Of a stretch of DNA of 58,919 nt, positions 1 to 8,542 are shown piece by piece. The stretch's first letter is position 1. Every line of letters begins with the position of its first letter. Location: assembly GCA_035692045.1 (NCBI GenBank), contig DASSIJ010000277.1:1-58919 (forward strand), in the 5' to 3' direction. Both the position numbers and the translations under genes were made by a program. Source of the stretch: Pseudolabrys sp. (GTDB taxonomy: Bacteria; Pseudomonadota; Alphaproteobacteria; Rhizobiales; Xanthobacteraceae). Below the pieces are notes generated by a model. It saw only the letters and a program-made list of their open reading frames with translations, was not told where the DNA came from and made no database searches.

Positions 1-869
1 AAATTCATGAACGTCACCATTTCTCCGACCGTTGCGTTGCCCTGAATTGTGAGCAGGGTGCCGGCGATGATGATCGCGAGCACCGTCAATGTCGTCGCGG
101 TGCGGGTCAACACATTCGCCAATGCCCACCACGAAAGGACCGGCATCTGTGCGGACAACAAACGTTCGACGACATGGCGCAGCTCGGCGACCTCGGTTTC
201 GAGACGAGAAAAGCTCTGCACCAACGCAATATTGCCGAGCGTGTCCGAGGCGCGTTCCGCAAGATCCGAGTAATGCTGCTCGACCGTGCTTTGTAACGTT
301 TCGGTCTTGCGTACGATAAGCGCGGTGAGCACCGCGAAAACGATGCACAGGACAATCAGCAACAGAGCGAGACGCCAGTTAATAAAGAGCGAAACCGGCA
401 ACAGGACGAGCAATGAAATAAGCGATGAGAGATTGTCGCGGAAGAACCCAATCCACAGTCCCCACAACGCTTCCGTGCCATGCAGCATCATCTTCATCAG
501 CCGGCCGGAATGCGTATTGCCGTGGTAGGAGAGGGGAAGCTGCAGGACGTGCTCGAAATAGCTCGTCAGAACGACGTGGCGTCGCCGATGCGCGAGGCGA
601 TCTGCGTAAAGAGCGATCAACGTCCCGCACGCGATGGTGAAAAGTCCGAAGCCCGCCCATGCGGCAAGCAGCACCGTCAGGTGTGACCACTCCGGCCGTC
701 CACCGCGCATCTGGGCTCCGGTCAGCGTGTCGATGATGCGGCCGAGCAGCACCGGTTCGGCAAACTGGGCTGAGGCCAGTGCCAGATTTGCCAGCGCCAA
801 AATCCATGCCAACCGGCCCTCCGAGCCGAGCAAGGACAGAACACGAGCGTAAAGACGAAAGATATTCAT
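1..869 (-). CDS. ndvA: Cyclic beta-1,2-glucan export ABC transporter permease/ATPase (5' part; truncated by left window edge)
   Basis: Not in the ORF track because it runs off the edge. Read manually from ATG at 869: [50 protein letters not shown]..., matching the NdvA/ChvA N-terminus, followed by ABC transmembrane-domain segments. Confidence 0.85.
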   Translation of the reverse strand, partial: MNIFRLYARVLSLLGSEGRLAWILALANLALASAQFAEPVLLGRIIDTLTGAQMRGGRPEWSHLTVLLAAWAGFGLFTIACGTLIALYADRLAHRRRHVVLTSYFEHVLQLPLSYHGNTHSGRLMKMMLHGTEALWGLWIGFFRDNLSSLISLLVLLPVSLFINWRLALLLIVLCIVFAVLTALIVRKTETLQSTVEQHYSDLAERASDTLGNIALVQSFSRLETEVAELRHVVERLLSAQMPVLSWWALANVLTRTATTLTVLAIIIAGTLLTIQGNATVGEMVTFMN

Positions 870-1080
870 GCGCGGCTCTCGACGCTTGGCTTCCCCGATT
901 TCAGCGGGGAAAGCCCAAGACCATGGCATGGACGCTGATCGCCTCGCTGTCCTAACCGCGTTTGGACGGTACGATTGATTGGACCGTAGTCCAATATGTC
1001 AAATCCCCGATCTGCACTATGGTTTTTCGAAGACGTCTGTCGCTGACGACGACACGAAAATCCGACGCAGGGAGATATTG

Positions 1081-1392
1081 ATGAAATCGCCTGTCATCAA
1101 GCACTCGATCATACTCAATGGACACAAGACGAGCGTGTCCCTGGAGGACCAATTCTGGGACGGTTTGCGCGAGATTGCCGCCCGGGACAATGTGACGGTA
1201 TCCGCACTCGTGGAGAGGATCGACCACGGCCGCAGTAGCCACAATCTTTCATCCGCGATCCGCGTCTTTGTGCTGGCTCATTTCCGGGCGCGCATCAGTC
1301 AACAGGATTTGCCGGGCGACCGCTCCAATCGGAATGTCTCCACTGCCCCGACAATTGCACCTGATTTGGAAAGTGCGCTCCTGAGATCGTAA
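1081..1392 (+). CDS. Ribbon-helix-helix domain protein (RHH_4 family)
   Basis: MKSPVIKHSIILNGHKTSVSLEDQFWDGLREIA...NLSSAIRVFVL motif; GGGAG RBS before ATG 1081. Confidence 0.85.
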   Translation: MKSPVIKHSIILNGHKTSVSLEDQFWDGLREIAARDNVTVSALVERIDHGRSSHNLSSAIRVFVLAHFRARISQQDLPGDRSNRNVSTAPTIAPDLESALLRS

Positions 1393-1441
1393 CGATCTGA
1401 AATGAACCAGCCGCGCTGGCATTGAGCGGAAGGAGGCCACT

Positions 1442-1654
1442 ATGGCAAGGGGACGTCGTGGACTGGATCGCCGTCATCGCGACAAAGGCGGCAGAATTGA
1501 AAAAAAGCACGGCAATACGCGGGTCGGATCGCTGCGAAAGGAATACGGCGAAAGTTTCGCCAAGGGTCGCCGCAAGGACATGATGCTCAAGACGTTGCTC
1601 AAGGAAACCGGCTCGACCTCGTTGCATGAGTATTTGAGACAACACCACAGGTGA
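1442..1654 (+). CDS. Small basic conserved hypothetical protein (70 aa)
   Basis: Strong AAGGAGG RBS; GLDRRHRDKGGRIEKKHGNTRVGSLRKEYG pattern resembles a recurring family of small hypotheticals. Confidence 0.75.
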   Translation: MARGRRGLDRRHRDKGGRIEKKHGNTRVGSLRKEYGESFAKGRRKDMMLKTLLKETGSTSLHEYLRQHHR

Positions 1655-1681
1655 TGCCGGCCGATGGCATCGCCTGGAGGC

Positions 1682-3238
1682 TTACTCCAGCCCGGCACGG
1701 CGGAAGCCTTCGAGATAGTGGTTACGATCGGCATCCCGCTTGAATGGCATCTGATTGGCGACCCAGTCGACAGAGACATTGGGTTGCGCGCGGCGTAGTT
1801 CCAGCAGTGCGGCTTTGGCGGTTTCCTTTTGGCCGAGCATACCGGCAGCGGCGGTGAGCACTCTGTGGCCGCCGACGAAATCGTTGCGTAGTCGGATAGA
1901 CTCGCGTGCCAAACGCATCGCCTCCTCGTAGTTGTGTCCAACGAACTGGGAGTAGGCGGCGATGCCGCAGTAGATCGCTGAGAATGGATCGCGCGGGCTA
2001 AGCCGCAGTGCGCGGCGCGCGGCGAGGTCGGCATCTTCCCAGCGCCCGCAATAGGACAACGCCAGACCGTAATAGCCCTGCGCCAGCGAGAAGTTGGGAT
2101 TCAGCTGCAGCGCGACTTCGAATTCGGCGATCGAGTCGTCAAAACGCCGCGTGAATAGACAGACATTCCCCAGTGCGTAGTGCGCCCAGGGATCTTCGCT
2201 GTCGGCCCGGATCGCCGCCAGCGCTGCCCGCTCGGCGATCCATACCACCTCCGCCATGTCCGCCCAGCCCATGTGCGCGCTGAAGGTCTGGCTGGCGGCA
2301 AGCACGCCGAGCGCCTGACCGTAGTTGGGGTCGATGGCGGTCGCTTTCTCAAGGAGGGCCTGGGCAACAACGTTGTCCTGCCGCGTTACCCTCCAGTAAT
2401 GCGACAGCGCGCGCATCACCAGATCCCATGCATCCATGCTGTCGGGCGGTTTGCGCTGGGCGCGGAAATTTTCTGCCGCATAAAGCTGCGGCTCGATCGC
2501 GGCGACGATGGCCTCGGTGATTTCATCCTGTACGGCGAACACATCGGTAATGTCGCGATCGTAACGCTCGGCCCAGATGTGACTGCCGGTTGCGACGTCA
2601 TTGAGCTGTGCAGTGATGCGCACGCGATCACCGCTTTTACGCACGCTGCCCTCGACCACATAACCGACGCCGAGTTCTTCGGCGACCTGCTTCATATGGA
2701 CGGCCTTGCCCTTGTATGTGAACGAGGAGTTGCGTGCGATCACGAAGAACCAGCGCAGCTTGGACAGCGCGGTGATGATGTCCTCGCTGATGCCGTCGGA
2801 AAAATACTCGTGCTCCGGGTCGCCGCTCATGTTGATGAAGGGGAGCACGGCGATGGCTGGACGGTCGGGCAATGGCAGAGCCGCGCGTGACAACTCATGG
2901 ATTTCGGCATGCGGCTCAAGACCGTTTGGCCGCGTATGCACTTCGCCCACGAAGCGAATCCCCTTGCGGGCAATAGTGCGGATCAGCTTCTGCTTTCCAC
3001 CGCTGTCGCCCAACGCCTTGCGCGCAGCGTTGATGCGGCTGGTCAGTGTTGAATCGGAGACGACCCGGCCATGCCAGATCGACGCGATAAGATCGTCCTT
3101 GCTGACGACGCGGTCGCGGTTCTCCACGAGGAAGACCAGCAAATCGAAGACCTGGGGCTCAACGGCAATGGATTCAGACCCTCGCAGAAGCTCGCGACGA
3201 TCGCCGTCAAGCGTATGATCCCCAAAGACAAATTGCAC
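1682..3238 (-). CDS. Winged-helix (CadC/OmpR-type) transcriptional regulator with TolB-like and TPR domains
   Basis: N-terminal EPQVFDLLVFLVENRDRVVSKDDLIASIW..LIRTIARKGIRF wHTH; PAIAVLPFINMSGDPEHEYFSDGISEDII TolB-like segment; C-terminal TPRs. GTG start at 3238 chosen. Confidence 0.9.
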   Translation of the reverse strand: MQFVFGDHTLDGDRRELLRGSESIAVEPQVFDLLVFLVENRDRVVSKDDLIASIWHGRVVSDSTLTSRINAARKALGDSGGKQKLIRTIARKGIRFVGEVHTRPNGLEPHAEIHELSRAALPLPDRPAIAVLPFINMSGDPEHEYFSDGISEDIITALSKLRWFFVIARNSSFTYKGKAVHMKQVAEELGVGYVVEGSVRKSGDRVRITAQLNDVATGSHIWAERYDRDITDVFAVQDEITEAIVAAIEPQLYAAENFRAQRKPPDSMDAWDLVMRALSHYWRVTRQDNVVAQALLEKATAIDPNYGQALGVLAASQTFSAHMGWADMAEVVWIAERAALAAIRADSEDPWAHYALGNVCLFTRRFDDSIAEFEVALQLNPNFSLAQGYYGLALSYCGRWEDADLAARRALRLSPRDPFSAIYCGIAAYSQFVGHNYEEAMRLARESIRLRNDFVGGHRVLTAAAGMLGQKETAKAALLELRRAQPNVSVDWVANQMPFKRDADRNHYLEGFRRAGLE

Positions 3239-3271
3239 GTTGGTCGCCCCCAACTGCACGACTGAGCCGCC

Positions 3272-3320
3272 TCACGAAATAATCAAGCCCGTCTCAAGCA
3301 CAAATCAAGGCCGGGCCAAA
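3272..3320 (+). promoter_or_regulatory. 11-bp-phased direct repeats (TCAAG core), putative operator of the divergent wHTH regulator
   Basis: TCACG 3272, TCAAG 3283, TCAAG 3294, TCAAG 3305, CCAAA 3316; exact 11-bp period between divergent genes. Confidence 0.65.
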
Positions 3321-3384
3321 GTTTTCCGGATGCGGACGCGGTACTCACATCCCAATCATGTTGGAAATTGGACAGGAGGCATTG

Positions 3385-4239
3385 ATGCCCGCTGCAACGC
3401 TAACTGCTGCCAAACCGGCACGGCAGGAAACCGCTTCGCCCGATCTCGCGGCCATAAAGGCACGTCAAAAGGCAGCCTGGTCGTCAGGCGACTATGCCAT
3501 CATTGGCACGACCCTGCAGATCGTCGGCGAGGAGCTTTGCGAAGCTCTCGATCTGAGCGGGGGGAGTAAAGTGCTCGACGTGGCTGCCGGCAACGGAATG
3601 GTGAGTCTCGCCGCGGCGCGGCGCTGGTGCGACGTGGTCTCGACGGATTATGTGGCCAGCTTGCTGGAGCGCGGCCGCGCTCGCGCTCAGGCAGAAGGCT
3701 TGGCCATCGAATTCATGGAGGCCGATGCCGAGGATTTGCCGTTTGCCGAGGGCACATTCGACGTGGTGGTTTCGACCTTCGGCGTGATGTTTACGCCCAA
3801 CCAGGACAAGGCCGCAGCCGAACTTCTGCGGGTCTGCAAATCAGGAGGTCAGATCGGTCTTGCGAGCTGGACGCCTGATAGCTTCATCGGACAGGTCTTC
3901 AAGACGCTTGGGAAATATCTACCGCCTCCGGCTGCGGCGAAATCTCCATTGCTTTGGGGGACGCGCACCCGCCTGACCGAGATGTTCGGGCCGGCTGCAA
4001 GCTGGATCAAGACCGAGTCGCGCTACTTCAATTTCCGCTATCGCTCGGCACAACACTTCATCGACGTGTTCAGGAACTACTACGGCCCGATGCTCAAGGC
4101 CTTCTCGGCGCTCGATACGCTTCAGCAGAATCGTCTTGAGAAGGATCTGTATGATCTCATATCACGTATGAATAGGGCCGATGACGAAACGATGATCGTA
4201 CCCAGCGAGTATCTGGAAGTCGTCATCATGAAACGATGA
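3385..4239 (+). CDS. Class I SAM-dependent methyltransferase
   Basis: VLDVAAGNG motif I, DAEDLPF and FDVVVSTFGVMF; AGGAGG RBS. Confidence 0.9.
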   Translation: MPAATLTAAKPARQETASPDLAAIKARQKAAWSSGDYAIIGTTLQIVGEELCEALDLSGGSKVLDVAAGNGMVSLAAARRWCDVVSTDYVASLLERGRARAQAEGLAIEFMEADAEDLPFAEGTFDVVVSTFGVMFTPNQDKAAAELLRVCKSGGQIGLASWTPDSFIGQVFKTLGKYLPPPAAAKSPLLWGTRTRLTEMFGPAASWIKTESRYFNFRYRSAQHFIDVFRNYYGPMLKAFSALDTLQQNRLEKDLYDLISRMNRADDETMIVPSEYLEVVIMKR

Positions 4240-4310
4240 GTCGCCTCGGCATTGCGTCAGGCGACGAACGCCGCCGAAGCTGCCGAACATTCGCGCGAAG
4301 GAAAGACGTG

Positions 4311-4502
4311 ATGAATACCGTGACCTATGGGGGCGCTCGCGCCCCCCGCACTGCCGTTTCCCAACGCGCAAAGGTAAAAAAGCCCAAACGTCTCTTTGCG
4401 CGGTTCATGGATGCGTTGGCGGAATCGCGGCGTCAGCAGGCTCGCCGCATGATCGAAGATCATGCGTACCTGTTGCCAAACCATCCTGACTCCCCGGTGT
4501 AG
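4311..4502 (+). CDS. Small hypothetical protein
   Basis: ATG 4311 after AAGGAAAG; LFARFMDALAESRRQQARRMI helix typical of small rhizobial proteins; co-oriented with neighbours. Confidence 0.55.
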   Translation: MNTVTYGGARAPRTAVSQRAKVKKPKRLFARFMDALAESRRQQARRMIEDHAYLLPNHPDSPV

Positions 4503-4518
4503 GGGAAAAGACGAGACA

Positions 4519-4794
4519 ATGAAACGCATTCTGATCGAACGGGACATACCGAATGTCGGCAGTCTGAGCCGCGAGCAGCTCAAGGGTCTTGCCGCGACGT
4601 CCAATGATGCACTCGTCAAGCCTTCCGGAAAGGTGCAGTGGGTCCACTAATACATTGCTGCCGACAGGACCTTTTGCGTTTACCTCGCCGAGAGCGAGGT
4701 CCTGGTTCGGGAGCACTCGCTGCTGGCGGGCTTTCCGATAACGAGAGTCAACGAAGTGCCCACGGTCATCGGCCCGATGACTGCAAGCGATTAA
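4519..4794 (+). pseudogene. DUF4242-family (SCO4226-like) protein interrupted by in-frame TAA
   Basis: MKRILIERDIPNVG...VQWVH*YIAADRTFCVYLAESEVLVREHSLLAGFPITRVNEV; family motif continues in the same frame after TAA at 4648-4650. Confidence 0.8.
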
Positions 4795-4814
4795 GTGCAA
4801 CTCGGGAGGCGGCG

Positions 4815-4994
4815 TTGAAGGAACTAGTCTGGACCATTCCCTGGTTTTTTACCGCAGCATTGGCCGCGAGCAAGGCACCGATCCGTTGTCCGATCACCGG
4901 GTATCCGTGCGAGGGCGATATTTCCCATCTGTGCGAGGACTACGGCTGTGCTCGCAAGGGCGGCCTGTCGCCATGCTCTGACGAGAATCTCTAG
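4815..4994 (+). CDS. Small Cys-rich hypothetical protein (59 aa)
   Basis: GGGAGG RBS then TTG 4815; RCPITGYPCEGDISHLCEDYGCARKGGLSPC. Confidence 0.5.
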   Translation: MKELVWTIPWFFTAALAASKAPIRCPITGYPCEGDISHLCEDYGCARKGGLSPCSDENL

Positions 4995-5042
4995 TCCGGC
5001 GTTCCACCGCTCTGGCAGGGCCGCTATCACCTTGACAGCAAA

Positions 5043-5068
5043 GAGGGAGGGATCATTCGCCCTCCCTC
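5043..5068. terminator. Hairpin between convergent genes, probable bidirectional terminator
   Basis: GAGGGAGGG-atcattcg-CCCTCCCTC 9-bp stem. Confidence 0.55.
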
Positions 5069-5084
5069 CCGACCTTGAGCTTCG

Positions 5085-5333
5085 TTACTGAACGACTGCG
5101 CAATAATTGCTGCGTCCATTGATGCCGCATTTCACCTTTTTCGGCGCGGCGCCAGAAGACCGGCCGGGCAGTCGATTGACCTGCTTGCCATCGCGGTCAT
5201 GGACGGTGGGTTTCACGACGTTTCCGTCGTGGCGGATGATGGTCTTCGCGAACGCGCCATTCGTGCCGAGCGCGAGGACGATGCCGACTGCAATCGCTGC
5301 AATGATTCGGATCATTTTCACAGAGCTCTTCAT
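5085..5333 (-). CDS. Small secreted hypothetical protein
   Basis: Signal peptide MKSSVKMIRIIAAIAVGIVLALGTNGAFA; C-terminal Cys pair; CAGGA RBS. Confidence 0.6.
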   Translation of the reverse strand: MKSSVKMIRIIAAIAVGIVLALGTNGAFAKTIIRHDGNVVKPTVHDRDGKQVNRLPGRSSGAAPKKVKCGINGRSNYCAVVQ

Positions 5334-5891
5334 AATTGTTTCCTGTTCGTTGGATTGCGTTGTGGCCGTCGGCCAGGTGGATAACGGACACGACACTAGT
5401 AGGTCCGAACTGAATTCAATTTGAAGCTATCGTTGCCCGACGTACATGTGGGTGAGCAGACGTTCACTTAAATATGCGCAGTGCGACTGATTTTGTATTG
5501 GAGCGGGACTGTAGCGACAGTCACATCGCGAACCATGTCGCTTGATCTAACAGCGCAACGCCCCAACTCGACCTGTGAAAAATTTGGCATGCTGACAGAG
5601 CCCCGCGATATCGCCAAAAGGGGTCCGATTTTGCGTTGCTCTGCGTCGCTCGCCATGCGCTCATCGTGGCAGCTTTCAACATATGGTCGCGTGCAATCTG
5701 TCCCCGGAGCCGTTCTGCCATCCTCCCTTATCGAGGACTCGTTGGCGAAAACCATAAAAATCAGTCAATTCTGCTGTCACCGTGGCGTGCTGACGTTGAA
5801 GCTCACCCTATCGCCATGTGTAACAATCGAATGATAGGATGATGCAGGCCCTCGGACAATTCGAACACCACTCCAACATTTGGTGACGATC

Positions 5892-6749
5892 ATGTTGCGA
5901 CTGACCGCTCTATTCCTGGCTCTATTCTCGGTGACGGCTTTTGCGCAGACCGACATTCCATCCAACAGTCGTTTGAAGGCCATTGCGAATACAAAGACGA
6001 TCAAGATTGCTTACCGGACAGATGCCAGGCCATTTTCATTCGTAAATGAAAAGAACGAGCCGGTCGGCTTCACGATCGACCTTTGCAAATTGGTGGTGAA
6101 TTCCATCGAGCGGCAGAGCGGAGTCGCAAGCCTCAAGATCGAGTGGGTGCCGGTGACTGTTCAAACGCGCTTTACGACCGTGGCGGCTGGCAAGGCTGAT
6201 ATGGAATGTGGGGCAAGCACGGCGACCTTGGGCCGCATGAAAGAGGTCGACTTTTCCAACTTTGTGTTCGTCGAGAGTACCGGCATGGTCGTTACGAGGG
6301 CTTCCAACATCCGCTCGTTTGCGGATATGGCGGGCAAGAAAATTGCGGTCGCAGGTGGCACAACGAACGAGCAGGCGATTATCGCCCAGATGAAGCAGCA
6401 GAAGATCGAGGCGATGCTCGTCTCTGTGAAGGACGGGGGAGAAGCGATCGCAATGCTGGAATCGGGCGGAGTCGACGGTTTCGCAAGCGACAAGTTGTTG
6501 CTGGTCGGCGCTCGCATGAAGGATCCGCAAGCCTTGGTGATGCTGCCCGATGATTTGTCGGTTGAGCCTTATGCGATCGTTTTGCCGCGTGGCGATTGGG
6601 CGTTGCGGCTCGCGGTCAACACAGGACTTGCACAGATTTACCGCGACGGTCGTGTGGTCGGCGTATTCAAGGGATGGTTTGATCGGATCGGCCTGCAGAT
6701 GAGCCCGGTCCTGAGGATCATGTACGGTCTGGGTGCGCTGTCGGAATGA
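5892..6749 (+). CDS. Amino-acid ABC transporter substrate-binding protein (GltI-like, family 3)
   Basis: Signal peptide; PFSF..GFTIDLC, ADMECGASTATLGRMKEVDFS, LSVEPYAIVLPRGD motifs. Confidence 0.9.
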   Translation: MLRLTALFLALFSVTAFAQTDIPSNSRLKAIANTKTIKIAYRTDARPFSFVNEKNEPVGFTIDLCKLVVNSIERQSGVASLKIEWVPVTVQTRFTTVAAGKADMECGASTATLGRMKEVDFSNFVFVESTGMVVTRASNIRSFADMAGKKIAVAGGTTNEQAIIAQMKQQKIEAMLVSVKDGGEAIAMLESGGVDGFASDKLLLVGARMKDPQALVMLPDDLSVEPYAIVLPRGDWALRLAVNTGLAQIYRDGRVVGVFKGWFDRIGLQMSPVLRIMYGLGALSE

Positions 6750-6753
6750 CAAA

Positions 6754-6771
6754 ACCGTCGACTTCGACGGT
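6754..6771 (+). terminator. Hairpin just downstream of SBP gene
   Basis: ACCGTCGA-ct-TCGACGGT. Confidence 0.4.
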
Positions 6772-6953
6772 CTCAAATTCCTGTTTGCGAAGGAGTAGGC
6801 TCCTTGACCGGGCAAGCAGCCGGTCTATGATTTCTGTAATGTTGATGGGGATGGAGTCCCCCGACACCCGCCGAAAGGCTGATGACTCCTACCGGGCGCC
6901 CGCGCGTCGGTAGGAAAAATACTCCGCCGGGTGCCCACGGGAAAGAGGGCGCC

Positions 6954-7118
6954 ATGTTTGCATTGATTCCACTGGACGTTTGGGTAGCGGCCGTCCTTGC
7001 TGCGGCAGCTGGCCTCATGGCGATCTTCGGGCCGTCGGCCGGCGTTTTCATCCTGATCTATGTATTCTTGTGCGCGTACATCATCGTCGAAATCATCAGC
7101 AATGAAATCGCCGGATGA
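6954..7118 (+). CDS. Small membrane protein (two hydrophobic helices)
   Basis: AGAGGG RBS; MFALIPLDVWVAAVLAAAAGLMAIFGPSAGVFILIYVFLCAYIIVEII. Confidence 0.55.
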   Translation: MFALIPLDVWVAAVLAAAAGLMAIFGPSAGVFILIYVFLCAYIIVEIISNEIAG

Positions 7119-7148
7119 TGTTCAACGATCGAGCGAAGACATTGCCAG

Positions 7149-8354
7149 CTATGGAGTGCCGCAGCGGCCAATCTTGAGTTCCTTGCAAGGATCCTTGACC
7201 TGGCTGATGGTGCCGAGAATCTTGGTTCCGAGCTTGCCGTCCGGCTTGCGGATCACTTCCATCGCATGTTCGTCGTTCACGATGTCGCGCGTCTCAGGAT
7301 CGATGCTGATCTTTCCGCGCGGTCCCGACGCCTTCCAATGTTTGATTTCATTGACGAACGTATCGGCGTCGAATTTGCCATCGAGCTTCTTGATCGTGTG
7401 GAAAACAGCGTCGATGGCATCCCAGGCATTGGCCGACTCGAAATCGGGATAATTGTCCGGACCATAGGCTTCATGCCACGCCTTGACGAATGCCTTGTTG
7501 GCGGGATTGTCGAGGTCATTGCTGTACGAACTCATGACGATCGTTCCAATCGCGGCATCCCCCATGGTCTGAAGCTTGCTGTCGGGCACGACGTCCTTCG
7601 GTCCAATCAGTTTGATGCCCGCCTGGCGTAGGCCAAGCTGGCCATAGGTCTTGACCACGGCCGAAGCATGCGAGCCCGACGGGATGAACACGAAGAGGCA
7701 ATCAGGCTTCATATCCTTCACGCGCTGGAAGAAAGGTGTCATGTCGGGGACCTGCGCCGGATTGCCCATCGGGATGGCATCGGTCACCTTTCCGCCAGCC
7801 TTCTCGAAGCTCGTCTTGAAGGCTTCAGTCGAATCCTTGCCGGGCGGGAAATCGGTGTAGGCGGTCGCCGCTGTTTTGCACTTGAGTTTGTTCTCAGCGA
7901 AGGTGCCCATCGCATAGCCGTCGTGCCACATGCTGAATGAGAAGCGCACAATGTAGGGCGACAGCTGCGGGATCCAGGCGGTGCCGGCATTGGCAATGAT
8001 GAAAGGCACCTTGGCCTGTGTGATAACCGGCGCCATCGCGATCGCCGATGGCGAATACACGACACCAAGAATGAGATTTACCTTGTCGCGTGTAATGAGT
8101 TCCGTCGCAGCGGTCTTGGCATTCGCGCCGGACGGTGGCCCTTCATCGCGCTTGATGAGCTCGACTTTGTGCGGCGCGATGTCCTTTGCGTGAAGCTTCA
8201 TGTACAGGTCGAAGGCCTTGTCCTGCACATCGCCAAGATCGGCATTGGTGCCCGAATACGGAATCAGAATTCCGATCTTGATTGTCTCGGCCTGTACCGG
8301 CGCAGACAGCATTGCGCCAATCGCAGCGTACCCAAGCCACATCAGCGTCCGCAT
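7149..8354 (-). CDS. ABC transporter substrate-binding protein, LivJ/aromatic-acid-binding type
   Basis: Signal peptide, IKIGILIPYSG, VELIKRDEG, GPRGKISIDPETRDIV motifs. Confidence 0.9.
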   Translation of the reverse strand: MRTLMWLGYAAIGAMLSAPVQAETIKIGILIPYSGTNADLGDVQDKAFDLYMKLHAKDIAPHKVELIKRDEGPPSGANAKTAATELITRDKVNLILGVVYSPSAIAMAPVITQAKVPFIIANAGTAWIPQLSPYIVRFSFSMWHDGYAMGTFAENKLKCKTAATAYTDFPPGKDSTEAFKTSFEKAGGKVTDAIPMGNPAQVPDMTPFFQRVKDMKPDCLFVFIPSGSHASAVVKTYGQLGLRQAGIKLIGPKDVVPDSKLQTMGDAAIGTIVMSSYSNDLDNPANKAFVKAWHEAYGPDNYPDFESANAWDAIDAVFHTIKKLDGKFDADTFVNEIKHWKASGPRGKISIDPETRDIVNDEHAMEVIRKPDGKLGTKILGTISQVKDPCKELKIGRCGTP

Positions 8355-8542
8355 CGCATCCCCCCTGTCTTTGAAATCGGCAGGAACTATAGCAGGCAGC
8401 AAGCGTTGGGCGAGGCCGCTATAGACGGTTTACTTTGACCGCATTTTGCGGAACGGACTGAGAACGGATGCGGCCTGGAACGATGCAAGATTGGCGTCCA
8501 GCGACTACACTAGCCCTCTGTCTCGTTGTGTAGGAGTTGCTC

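Noticed and set aside
8450-8505. GGAAC motifs upstream of ku as a general-stress ECF promoter
   Set aside because: No correctly spaced CGTT -10 element
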